Of a stretch of 64,000 nucleotides of DNA, positions 11,999 through 23,239 are shown one piece after another (the first letter of the stretch is position 1; the number at the start of each line of letters is the position of its first letter). The notes below the pieces were generated by a model. That model had not been told where the DNA came from. It did no database searches and saw only the letters and a program-made list of their open reading frames with translations. Source of the stretch: Vicugna vicugna (taxonomy: Eukaryota); NCBI GenBank assembly GCA_013265495.1, contig MU061464.1, positions 4,923,566 through 4,987,565 of the forward strand, read 5' to 3'. Both the position numbers and the translations under genes were made by a program.

Positions 11999-12164
11999 GC
12001 AGAAATATTATAAATCAACACATCTGGTTCAGCTTTTGTTAGGCAATACCTTTTCGTGACATTCCATCACAGTATAATGGAAAGGTGATAGTTTTTAGAG
12101 TTTTTGACCCCAGTCAAAATAGATCCTTTTCCATTTTCATCACCTCCTCCTTCCTTCTGGAAAG

Positions 12165-12393
12165 CTCTAACGTCAAGTGTCTGCCAGAAACAAGCCGAGA
12201 GTTCTTGGACAAATACGAATTCTCACTCAAAAGAAAAGACAGCTCAGCACACTCCCTCGGCGTCCAGCTGCCGCGCCCCCCCGTTCCGACAGCCTGGCCC
12301 GCGGTGCCGGGCCTGCCCCGACTTCCCCGCAGCACTGACGCGGGCGTAGCTCTGTGCCCCTTCAAGCGCGGTCTTACTCTCGTGGCGCTGAAG
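12165..12393 (+). CDS. Candidate internal exon, unrecognised product
   Basis: Long pyrimidine tract (12126-12158) then GAAAG acceptor, and AAG|GTAATT donor. The 229 nt are open in the 12085-12681 ORF frame (SNVKCLPETSREFLDKYEFSLKRKDSSAH...RGLTLVALK). CpG-rich. Confidence 0.27.
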
Positions 12394-12759
12394 GTAATTG
12401 CAGAAGCAGAAGTGGAAGACAGCCCAGCTGCGATCTGCTGTCTTGCGAATGGAAGCCAGTTTCAGGATATCTCTCAACGGCTGAAGCATTGCTTTCACTT
12501 CCCCCCTCCCATCCGGTCCACAGACAGACTCCCCCGAGCTCTGCCAGAGACACGTGCCTCGCAAGACAGCAGCCTCGCTCCGGGAACCTGCTGCAGTGCC
12601 TTCCTCTCCACCACGGCAGTGGTTGCTACAGCCCCTCTTCCTTTCCTGGAAGTGCGTGCCCATTCTCAGCCTTGCGCTTAGCTAAAAATAACTTGGCCCG
12701 AGCTTCAAGTGAAGGAAGTGGAAGGTGTGACCTGCACGCACAGAATTCTTAGAAGCATC

Positions 12760-12858
12760 AAAACTCATGGAGGAAGAATTTGACACAACATTGTAAAATG
12801 ACTATAATTCAATAAAAAAAAGGTAAAAAAAAACCCAAAAAAAACTCATGGAGGAAGA
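12760..12858 (+). mobile_element. Young, extremely 5'-truncated L1 (63 bp) with 18-bp target-site duplication
   Basis: aaaactcatggaggaaga at 12760-12777 and 12841-12858 flanks atttgacacaacattgtaaaatgactataattcaataaa plus A tail. The body is nearly identical to the 3' end of the L1 at 29.6 kb. Confidence 0.92.
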
Positions 12859-13069
12859 CTGACCCCCACCCTGCTCAAGTGTTTCTCTTCATACCAGTTC
12901 AATAAACTGGAAATTGCAGTAAACTTACTTTCAAAAATAATAATAATGAGAACAAGAATGATATATTTTTTTAATTGAAAAAAAAAAATCCTGGCTTGAT
13001 CTCGTCCCTTGGCTACATTTGTCAGTTTGCCGACTAGCCTCAGTGGCAGACAATTAGCCCAAAGCACCT

Positions 13070-13232
13070 TCTACTCGGATGAGCGGTCACGGTAGCGGAA
13101 AACACACGGAAGGGCGACAAGCGGGCGGCAGCGCTGGGCTCTCGGCTGAGCCGTGGCAGGCCGAGCAGCCCCGGCCGCTGTTTACAGGAAATGTCCCCGG
13201 GCGCAGTGGAATAGTCAAACAAAGGGTGTTCT
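13070..13232. promoter_or_regulatory. CpG-dense patch with ETS-like GGAA motifs beside a gap
   Basis: More than 15 CpGs in ~160 bp, with gcggaaaa, acggaagg and acaggaaatg. Confidence 0.35.
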
Positions 13233-13422
13233 NNNNNNNNNNNNNNNNNNNNNNNNNNNNNNNNNNNNNNNNNNNNNNNNNNNNNNNNNNNNNNNNNNNN
13301 NNNNNNNNNNNNNNNNNNNNNNNNNNNNNNNNNNNNNNNNNNNNNNNNNNNNNNNNNNNNNNNNNNNNNNNNNNNNNNNNNNNNNNNNNNNNNNNNNNNN
13401 NNNNNNNNNNNNNNNNNNNNNN
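13233..13422. other. Assembly gap (190 N)
   Basis: Run of N. Confidence 0.99.
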
Positions 13423-14172
13423 CTGTCAGTACCACGCAATGAAAAGGAAATCAGTGGTGGTTGCCATGTGTGAAGCGGCTGGGTGCAGCCAGCCCCAGAC
13501 AGGGGAGTCAAACTTTCAGTACCTCCACCACCTCCCGCTCCAGGAAACGGCTCACCAGCACGTTCCTCGTTCATTAACTTTCTAAAGACATCAGTTTCTG
13601 CAGAACCACGAATAAACACGATGTGTGAAATAAAGAACCTTCCGCACCTCCTTCTCAGAGAGCCGGGAGATAGCAGTGCTCGGCCGCAACGGTCAGGCTG
13701 GGTAGGGTGGCCCCGCAGACTCGGAAGGCTGCCCCAGGAAGAGTCCAGGAGAGGAATTTCCATCTCTCTGTTCTTCAGTTCTTGGCATCTGGCTGATGCT
13801 CCTTGGGTGTGAGTCACCTCTAGGGGCAGCCAGTGAGGTGCAACTGATTAGCAATACCAATAATAATAACTAAGGAACCCTCCTCCCAAGGATGACAAAC
13901 ACTCTCTGTCAAGACTCATCCTCTTCTGTCAATAAACTGGAGATATATTTACATACAACGACTCATCAACGCAGGTGCTTGTCTCCCTTCGGAGTCAGCA
14001 AGAAAAATGCTCAAAAGCCAGGGAAGTACGTAGGCAAAAACAGATGATTTTGTTGGGATTCGCATTCAGATGAGATCATCCTGTGAGCCCCGGGATGCCA
14101 TTTGCACCATTTATCACAACATCTGTAGTAACAGGATCTCGATAGTTTGCATCTGGAGATTTTCTCACTCAC

Positions 14173-14790
14173 CGTAGCATTTGGTCTTTCTATCTGTCAT
14201 AACTGGGTATCATGAAGAGTCATCTATAGAAGTGAGCTGTCACACTGCATAAGACTTTATCTTTTTTTACCCCTTTATCACCCTCATTTTCTGAGGTCTA
14301 CCAAGAAGGAGGTTAGCCAGAAGCTTTTCGCTTACCCAAGCGTAGTGTGTAAAGGGGCCCGTGTTCCTTTTTGAGGAAGTTATCCCTCCTGCAGAGAAAA
14401 GGCTGCTGTCTGGGTTCAATGTCTTCGTAGTGAGGGTCTCATGATCTGTGCTCACTGCTGGCAATTTCCAACATTTGTCGCCTAAATAATCCAGAAAGTG
14501 AACTCAGAGAGGAAGAACCCGTCTGACCTCTCCGATGGTCTATCAACAGGACTGGTCCTATCTCATCTCACAGATGCTACTTTTTACATCAAGAAGCTAC
14601 AAAGCATTTGTTCTAAGGCAATAAAAGCAGCAGGAAAGACTCAGCTTTACCTGCAGCACAGATTTCCAAAGGTGCCATAATTTTGATAAATGTTGGTTAC
14701 AATGGATGTTTCCTGGGTTCGTAATGGGATTTCAAGGCTGAGAAAATCTCTGTCTTGAGATCCTACTTGAGTCATTAGCATGGTGCACAT
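14173..14790 (-). CDS. Candidate three-exon small ORF (68 aa): 14790-14651, 14388-14336, 14223-14173
   Basis: Donors CAG|GTAAAG, TGG|GTAAGC and ACG|GTGAGT, acceptors ccttttctctgcag and cacttctatag. The phases join to give MCTMLMTQVGSQDRDFLSLEIPLRTQETSIVTNIYQNYGTFGNLCCRRDNFLKKEHGPLYTLRLDDSS*. Not recognised. Confidence 0.2.
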
Positions 14791-15119
14791 CTGATGTCTC
14801 TGCGTTTGACCAGAGCAGTGAAGCTGAAGTCAGAATCCCTGTCAATAGCCACTCAGTTTTTTCTGTCCTTTTGAGCAGCACAATAACGGACAAGTTACAT
14901 GACTCATCTGAGGTCCGTGTTCCCCCTCTGTTAAACATAGGAAGCGTTTGTGTGGACTGAAGCAATGTGTGCAAAAGTATTTCAAATGTTATAATCTAAA
15001 TGTTAGAAATGTCAGGCATTGTAGATGTGTATTTGAGAAAAAAAATAATGAACGCATTCCTCAAAATTAGGCTAACCACAGTACTAATGAATATACAAGA
15101 ATAGTGTAATAACTAGTTC

Positions 15120-15366
15120 GGGTGAAGAGCATTGCTCTGCGGTCAGAATCCTGGGGTTCAAATTCTGGCTCCTCTACTTCGGCTGGGTGACACTGGGCAA
15201 TTTTCTCAACCTTTCTGTGGGTCAGTCTTTGAGAGAGACTGCAAAGTGATGTTAAGGAAAGTGCCTGTCTCAAAGCACAGCTTGAAAGACTTAATAGTTA
15301 ATGATCTAAAGTTCTTAGAACATTTTCTGGCGTAGAGTAAGTGCTCATGAAAAGTTAGCTGTTATC
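15120..15366 (+). mobile_element. MIR SINE, near full length
   Basis: ggtgaagagcattgctctgcggtcagaatcctggggttcaaattctggctc...gtgacactgggcaattttctcaacct...gtagagtaagtgctcatgaaaagttagctgttatc. Confidence 0.8.
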
Positions 15367-16119
15367 CTCATCCTTGTTACAACCCAAGGTCACATTTAAA
15401 GCGTGAATGTAAGTGATGAAGTTATTTACTAGAGAACATGGCTTTTACCTTGGATAAAAGGTATTCCTGTGTGCTTTCAGGAACAGAGTAGCTGCCTGTA
15501 CTATTACATAACTGCAACATTTATTAACTGCTCATCTTTATCCCTAATAAGACACCTGCAGCTTATACAAATGTTGTAGACTGTAACACGATTCCAGAAT
15601 ACCTTTTTCCCTAATAATGTAAATCTTTTCCTTTCAAAACTAGTTAACTAACTAACTAGCTTAAATATGAGCTTTCTGTAACCCTGGGTGCCCTGGGCAA
15701 CGTCCCTGGTTTCAGCAGGACTAATCCACGAAGAACTTAGGTACCCGGAATCTCCTCCTCTGACCTTGTTCTCTATAATTAAAACAATGTGGCTTGTTTT
15801 GGAGTTAAAGTCTTGGTGATGTTCAGTAAATATTAGCCCTGAATAACTGATGTATGATTTCTTTCATCAGCTTAACTACCCACTGTGAGAATAAATTAAG
15901 AATTCTCCTTAACCCAGGTTGAACTTACGCTGGCCAAAATCATGACTTTTTCTCTTCACCTGTCTATGATTCAGTCAAAACAATGCTTTTGGGAAGCTAT
16001 CTGACATAGGTTTACACCCCTCCTAGCACAAGGATAAGACAGAAAATTAAGCTGATTTATAATTCTTGTTCTGGAAGACTATACAAAGCTCTAAAACATG
16101 TTCACAACGTGGCATTAAC

Positions 16120-16320
16120 TGGAAAAAAATCAAGTGAAAAATGCTGTAATGCTGCAAAACTCATTTTCTTGAGAAGAGGACTTAAGGTAGACCTTAAAAC
16201 GATGGTGGCGGTTGGCTGAGTCCTGAGGCATGAGTGGCTTTTGTGCGTTCCCTTGTGCACGTCAGTATTGTCAAATGTCCTGTACAAGGTAGGAGTTACC
16301 ATTATCACCTGGAACAGGAA
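16120..16320 (+). mobile_element. Old L1 (L1ME-like) 3' fragment
   Basis: Degraded similarity to the L1ME 3' end as recalled (gatggtggcggttggc...gtattgtcaaatgtcctgtacaag). Confidence 0.35.
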
Positions 16321-19023
16321 GCACACGAACGACAGCAACAGTGACGCACTTTTCTCCTGTGACGCAGAGAAGCAAAGGGAAGGCGCACCCTTCACGGGGC
16401 AGCGGGCTCTGAAGGGATCAGGACTTTCAAAGGAAAGTCACTGGGGGAAGTGCCACGTGGAATCTGGGGGAAGCTTTTGGGCACTGACTTGAATAGGAAG
16501 GAGAGAAACACGTAAGGGGCAGTGGAGAGCTGTAGGAGAGAGAGGTTAGAAGGGTGTAGAAATAACCAGGGATGGAGCAGGCGCCCCCCTCGGCCTTCCA
16601 CATTCTCCTCTCTTTATGTTCCCTCATCAAACATGCTCTGTAAAACAGAAGATTCTCATTCCTAGACCCCTTTGCCTCCACTGCCATGGCTGGGCTCCGG
16701 TTCCCCATGCCCTTGGCCGTGCCCTTGGCCGTGCCCGCCCTGGCCATCCTTTGGATGCACAGAAGGCCAGCCTAGATCACAAGCTCTTCAGGGGCAGGAG
16801 GATCTTCCTTGTCTTCCTCTCTGCTGGGTTCTGCCAGGTGCCCTGGGTGTTGGAGAGTTTCAGTTCACAGAAATTCAAGAGCCCTTGAGCCGGAAGGTCG
16901 TCCCTTTGGGAGGTCGGGAGGGGAAATCCCAAGAGCTATTAGCTCATTGCAGGCGACTCTGAGCCCACTTTCGGGGGAATTTAAGTTAGCGAACACCCCT
17001 GCTTGTCTTCACAAAAGCCCTTCCCCTCGCCAGAGCTCAGACCTGGACCCTGCCTCAAGGTCTGTAACAGGAAAGATGCTGTTCTTGTTACACTCTGAAT
17101 TCCAGATGCATAATCAGTCAAGTGCTCTCGGGCCCAGGGCTCCCGAGGTCGCCAGGTGCAAGGCGACACTTTCCAGCACTCCCCTAAACCCCCGGCACCA
17201 AAGCTGGGAATGCTCGGTGCCTGAGCCCCAGATGTTTGCTCATCCATGCAAAGCCACCTGTACAACCATCCTGTCACAGAGGGGCCCCCTCTTCTCGGAG
17301 CAGAGCCCCAGGTGAGCCTCGCAGTGCCCTGCCTCAAACATGCTTCTTTTTCAACCGGATATGCTGAAAGTAACCGGGACCCCTGCAGCTGCTAGAACTC
17401 CTATCCCCGAGTTCCCACCTGAACCCAGTAACAGCGTCACTCTCAACCACATTCAATATATGTGAGATCCAAAGTTTAAACTGGGCTCTACGCTAATGAA
17501 GTGAAATTTAAAACAAAAAAATTTAAAACATAAAAAGCATGTTTCACACTTCTGTTTTTAAACGTTATATGTATGGTGTTATGCTGCACCTCTAATTCTG
17601 CAGCTCACCTTTTCTCGTAAAATTCTGCTACACGTAGCCCAGGTGTGTTTTTTTTTTTTCAAACTGGGGTTGCTCACGCTATAAATGTACCACAATGTAT
17701 TCATTATTTCCTTGGATACTTAAACTGATGAACTGCTGTCCTTGAAAGTCAGAATCTTCAATCACCAGAGTATCCCTGAACCCCAGGGGTGTTCTGTCCC
17801 TCGGGGACAGGGGAGCTCCCTCTGCAGCCCGCAGGAGACATAAAGGCCCTTCAGCCAACAGTCTCCTAAGAGGAGGCGGCTTTTTGATTTTCCCTCACTT
17901 TCCCAGGTGGGAAAATTCAGGGGACATGGTGAAATGTAATTACAGCTCCCTTTTCATCTTATGTATGGCATACCGAGATGTTCCTTTCTAATTTACACAC
18001 ATAAATTAGAGTAAGAAAGCAGAGCACTTCAAAAAAGAAGAGGAGATTTAAGTGTTTTGCAGAATGTGTTTATTCAATCTCAGGGCCACTGTGGAAAAGT
18101 CAAATATAAGGACTATTAAGAGCGATGGTCCCAATGTTTTCATCTCATTGTCTCATGGCATTTCCCATAGATGTCCTGTAACAGCCCTCTGATTTCGCGC
18201 CTTGTGAAACTATGTCAACACGTATTCTTATGTGTGCTTGCACACACGTGGCTGGAAAAATAGGTACCACAGAGCAAAGGTTATCCTCTTTTGGTATCGA
18301 AATCATGGGGACGTTCTCTGTGTGCAGCGTGACCCCACATCCTCTGTGTTGGCACTAAACTGGACTCTGGGACACCGTGGGCAGCTCCACACTCACAGCC
18401 CAGCCCTGCACTACAATTTTCTGAATGCTCTGCTCTAAACAGGAATTAATTTTAAAATAAGACAAGTAATCAAAGTTAACATTTTAAAAGAACCTATCAG
18501 ATATGCGGTCTGAATTAAGTTCTGAATGGGAAGAGAGCATTTGTATTAATTGCAGCTGTTTCACTGACAAGATAAAATTGCATCGTTTAAGATGCTGCTA
18601 ATATGGTTGAGTAAATTCTTTTGCTGAGATCACCGTAGCCATTTAAAAAAGAGAATGGGGATAGGGAGGGAAAAAGGGATCAACGTCCACGGCTTCTACC
18701 TGTCTGGGAATGGGGGCAGGGTGGGGATGGAGGTTAGCTGAGCAGAGCTGTGTGAGCTGGACTTCGGTGTCCACAGCCCTTTCTGGCTCACCCTCCCCAC
18801 TGGTGGTCGGGCTGCCGAAGCTCACACTTTTAAGGTCTTTTTACAGAATGACTATAAACTTACTCTCCTAGCCCTGACTCCTCTTCCTTTCAACTTCCAG
18901 CACAACCACTCTGAACATTGAACCAGAAATAATTCTAATATTACCTGATGTTTTTACTAAAATTAATTTACAAGGAATTTTCAGCCCCTTTGCCAATGGA
19001 TGTATATTTTCAAAGTTTTCCGG

Positions 19024-19056
19024 TTTCTTTCTTTCTTTCTTTCTTTCTTTTTTTTT
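19024..19056. repeat. (TTTC)n plus poly-T
   Basis: Six TTTC units followed by a T run. Confidence 0.9.
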
Positions 19057-20005
19057 AATTTCTCTGATCAGGACTTCTTAAATTCTGAAACCATCCGCAG
19101 CAACTTCATGGGCATCCAGCCAGGTGAATCCCACCCTGGGAGACTGGGAGTAACCCTCAGTCATGCCCACAACCGATTCATTTCTTCAAGGGGACAGCCA
19201 CCTGCTCATTTTGGCCTTGCTCTGTTTCTCTCTCCCTTCCATCTGAAGGGTAAGATCTCTGAGGGCAGCTCCAGGTGTAGACTTGCCAGCTGTTCATCCG
19301 CAGTGGTGGGCAGGGCTCTGGCACTGAGTAGGCACTTACTGTTACGTCATGAGTCAGTGAGTGGCAGTCTGCACGGGCATTTCAGTAGAAAGTCAGGAAA
19401 TGCTGCAAAGGCAATTTCAATACCAGACACCACAGGAAGCTGGAATTCAGTGGGTCTGATCAATTTGTCTCCATGGACAGAGAGCGCATGTACTCTGGCC
19501 TGGCCCCTGAAGGAGAGCCACGGGCTCAGTGCTGGACTAGCCCCTCATCTCCCAACCACAGGGACACCCCTCTAGTGAATGGTTCTTCATGGCCTGGCTC
19601 TGTGCTACAACTGCGGCTCCTCCAGCCACCAAAATAAGCATGTAACCCTTCAGCAGAGACTTGCTACTGGAAAATTTCATGCAAAAATCTGCTTTTGTCT
19701 TTGTAAAGCCTACGAAGCAGGCAATTCAGAACCAGGTCAAACGGCGCAAACTGTGGACACGCGAAGAGGTCTCTTCTCTCTGCCCCTTAACCTGAAGTCC
19801 CTCCCAGGAGCCTCAGAAGGAAGCCAGCTTTAAGGCTTTCTATTGTTTTCTCTTCAGAAATCGCCAACCGAAAACATCAAAACTGAATTTCTTATCTTGC
19901 CTTCCCCCTTCCAACAGCTATTCCTCCCAGACCCTACCTCTTTCTTCAGATCATCTAATGGAGCAACTCTGAGATCAGCTTGGGTTCGTTCCGTCCCTCA
20001 CTCCC

Positions 20006-20383
20006 TGTACTAGCCTGCTGAGGCCGCCTTAGCAACAGGACGCAGGCTGGGTGGCCTGAACTGGGAGCGTATTGGCTCTCAGTTCTGGAGGCTGGAAGTC
20101 GCAGATCAAGGTGTCAGCAGAGCTGGTTTCTTCTGAAGCCTCTCTCCTTGGTTTGTAGACGGTTGTCCTCTCCCTGCCTCCTCCTACCATCTTCCTTTTG
20201 CACAAGTCTGGGTCCTCATTTCTTATTCTGACAAGCACACCAGTCATATGGGAGTGGGGTCCCCCGCAACGACCTCATTTTCATTGAATTAAAGAGCTTA
20301 TCTCTAGATACAGTCACATTCTGAGGTACTGGGGGGTCAGGACTTCAACCTATAAGTTTTGGGGGCAGACCATCAGCCATAAC
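20006..20383 (-). mobile_element. MLT1 (ERVL-MaLR) solo LTR
   Basis: tgtactagcctgctgaggccgcc...cagttctggaggctggaagtcgcagatcaaggtgtcagcagagctggtttcttctgaagcctctctcc...cagtcacattctgaggtactgggg is a hallmark MLT1 in antisense. Confidence 0.9.
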
Positions 20384-21289
20384 CCTCTGCCACCGCTCAG
20401 TGTGGCCGAGTGGCACCTGGAATCCGGCTGTGCTGTTTACACCACGTGGGCTTAGAGAGCAGCCCTTGAACATTCTGAGTCGGTCGGGTTTCTTAGTTCC
20501 TAGCAGGAGAAACTAACCCTAGCTAATTTAATCAGAAACAAGTTTATTAATGCTATCAGTGGCCAACAGAAACTGCAAGAGGGTCAGAGAGCCAGCTTGG
20601 GGATTAGCAGGCAAATCTCACATGGCAAGTCCAGACACAGCGCTGAACCACAGGTCGTCTTTCCTGTCACAAGTGCTTCATTTGCTCTCTGTGCCTTCCT
20701 AACCTCACAGGCGCTGAGAACCTAAGCGTTTAAAACAAAAATGTGAAACATGCTTTCTACGGGATTGTCCGCGTGTCGTAAAAATATGAAATACACTTAA
20801 GAGTGATGCAGATAAACTTCAGGAGATTCACTGTCTTAGGGGAGGAAAAAAAATGACATCACGAAGGGGTCCAAGAAAATTGGAATTTCATCTGTAATGT
20901 TTTGTTCCTGAAGCTGAGTAGAGGGCACCTAAGTGTTCATATACTCAAAACCATTTTTGGTGCCAGAAATATTTCAGTCTTTTTAAAAGCAGATGATATA
21001 ATTGACATCAGATACTTGAAGACCCGGTGTGTGAGTGGTGGAGGGTATCCTGTGACTCGCAACCAAGGCTATGATGAAGGCAAGTTTTGGGTCATTCTTT
21101 GGAAAAACCTGAGAGGGTTGCGTAGAAGATGAAGTGTCTCCCATATGGTTCAGGAGCGAAGGTCTTCAGGAACAGCAAATCGCAGTGGAAACAGAGTACA
21201 CTTCCCTTTGCATTAAGAAGATGGATTTCTTTCCTCCTACAAAATTCCCAATACGTATCCGGAGAAAGGTTCACATTGCGACGGCCTCA

Positions 21290-21470
21290 GGGTGAATACC
21301 CGCCCTTCAGTCTGTGCCCCTGGACGCTCCGCAGCCCGACTGGGCTTCGGCTTCGCGGCTGGCGCCCCCTGCGCTCCGCCCGCCGACACCGCAGCCTGGC
21401 TTCCGTCCCCACCGCCCACCGTCCCTTCTCGCGCCAGCCCGCAGGACTCGCCGACATCCCGGTGAGATTA
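21290..21470 (+). promoter_or_regulatory. CpG-island-like patch with GC boxes and a first-exon-like donor
   Basis: Dense CpG with ccgccc boxes. The segment ends CCG|GTGAGA (donor 21462-21467). Confidence 0.5.
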
Positions 21471-21999
21471 GGAGTTCCCCATGGTTGGAGATATTAAAAA
21501 AGAGATACAAAATGATTTTTTTCTCTGCGTAATTCTTTAGTAATATGGACAGATTGCAAGTCATGGAGCAGACTTAGGGTCACAGTTCTTCAACGGTGGG
21601 CATCTGTTTTTCTTCTCACTCGCTGGGACTCGTTCTGCTTCAGCGTCGCTGGGACACTTCTCCGCGCAGCTTCCAGGGACCACCCTCTTACTCTTGCAAC
21701 ACCTTCTATGATGGAATCATCAGGACCTTCATCTGCAGCCCCCAGCACCGCAACCCCCTCGGGGCTAACGTGAGCCCCTCCCTGCAGCCCTGTCCGCGGC
21801 TCTTCAGGGCCGGGCTTGTGAAGGAGGGTTTGATCCCTTTATTCAAAGGACAGCAGGCACCTCCATCATCTTCCATCACTTTCTATCACTTCTTTCACTT
21901 TGTTTTTGACTTTGGCTTATTTTTTTTTAAAGCCAAAAAAAAAAAAAAGCCCACAACAACTTTAGACACAAAGTCAAACTGAAACCACAGATTGTGGAA

Positions 22000-22323
22000 A
22001 GAGGCGGGGACTTAGGGAAACAGGGACAAAAGCGGCCAGAGCCCACCCCACAGTCTGAGCACGGGGGCCCAGCGGGCCGAGGCGCTGGTTTCTTCCGGCA
22101 CGTCTGGGTGGCTGGGGCAGGGTGTTCACTGGCAAGCACGCCCCGCACTGAGGGCTCGCCAGCGCCGACTCCAGTCCCGTGACGGCCGGGGAGACCCCGC
22201 CCCTGTCACTCGGCAGGCCTGACACCGGCCAGGAGAAGGGGCCCGCGCTCCCAGCTTCCGCATCTGGTCGCGGAGGCTAAGGAAGGGACTCTGGTGGTCT
22301 CTGGTACGTTGGAACAGGTGAGC
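22000..22323 (+). promoter_or_regulatory. CpG-island-like patch with GC boxes and a first-exon-like donor
   Basis: Dense CpG with gaggcgggg and ccccgcccc boxes. Ends CAG|GTGAGC (donor 22318-22323). Confidence 0.55.
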
Positions 22324-23092
22324 TCCGAGTGTTTCTTTCTATATGTATCCATTCAAGAAATACTGGATGTTCACTTTGTGCAAGGCACCTCACCTGTTCC
22401 CTTTCTCTAGTTCTAGGCTTCCTTTTCACAAAATAGAAATTGAGACCCAAAGGGAGAAGAAACTTCCTTAAAACAAACCATCGGGCAGGTAGGCTGTGAT
22501 CTGCAGACTCATCACTTTGAGTCTTACTGGCAAGAGCACGTCAGGAGTCTCAGAACATTTTGGAGATAACCGTTAAGTTCACAGACTCAGAGATACGTCA
22601 CCAGAGAAGAGAGCGCAGAGGTCACCTGATTCAAATACTTCCTTTTACAGATGAGGAAACTCAAGCCTGGGGAAGTTCGGTGGCTAGCGGATTGCAAAAC
22701 TTATTCTCAGATACAGTATTTCCTTCCCAACCTTGAAGGTCATGGTCCTGAAAATCCCTGAGGTAAGGAGAAATTACGTTTGAGGAACCCCTGACCTAAA
22801 GAGGAAAAAGGGTTCGGGGAGTTAGACAGTGAGTGAGCTGAAGAAAGTTACCGTAATTGTTTTACATTTACTAACATAAAATAATACAGAGGCCACTGAT
22901 AGTCCCTTTATTTTATAAGCACATTTGTAACGATGAGTCCTGCAAGGCTGACTTTTTTTTACGTTTTAGAATTTACGTTTCGAACCTACCAAGTGTGTAG
23001 GTTGCCCCTGTGTACAGCATTTAAAAACTTCTTGTCATTTGTTTTCCTTTCTGCAAGTAATAGTTACAATAGATAGTTTTGTTTCATTTTGA

Positions 23093-23206
23093 GGGGGGAG
23101 GTATTTAGGTTTCATTTATTATTTTTTTTAACGGAGGTTCTGGGGATTGAACCCAGGCCTCGCGCACGCTAAGCACACGCTCTACCGCTGAGCTAACCCC
23201 TCCCCT
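23093..23206 (-). mobile_element. Camelid tRNA-derived SINE (Vic-1 type)
   Basis: Reverse complement aggggaggggttagctcagcggtagagcgtgtgcttagcgtgcgcgaggcctgggttcaatccccagaacctccgtt. Flanks caatagatagttttgtttca and caatggacagttttctgtttca look like a diverged TSD. Confidence 0.9.
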
Positions 23207-23239
23207 CGCAATGGACAGTTTTCTGTTTCAGATCCTGTG

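Noticed and set aside
18808-18833. U6 snRNA-like 5' end on the minus strand after a ttaaaa site
   Set aside because: Only 11 nt (gcttcggcagc) match, and there is no further U6 sequence or TSD.
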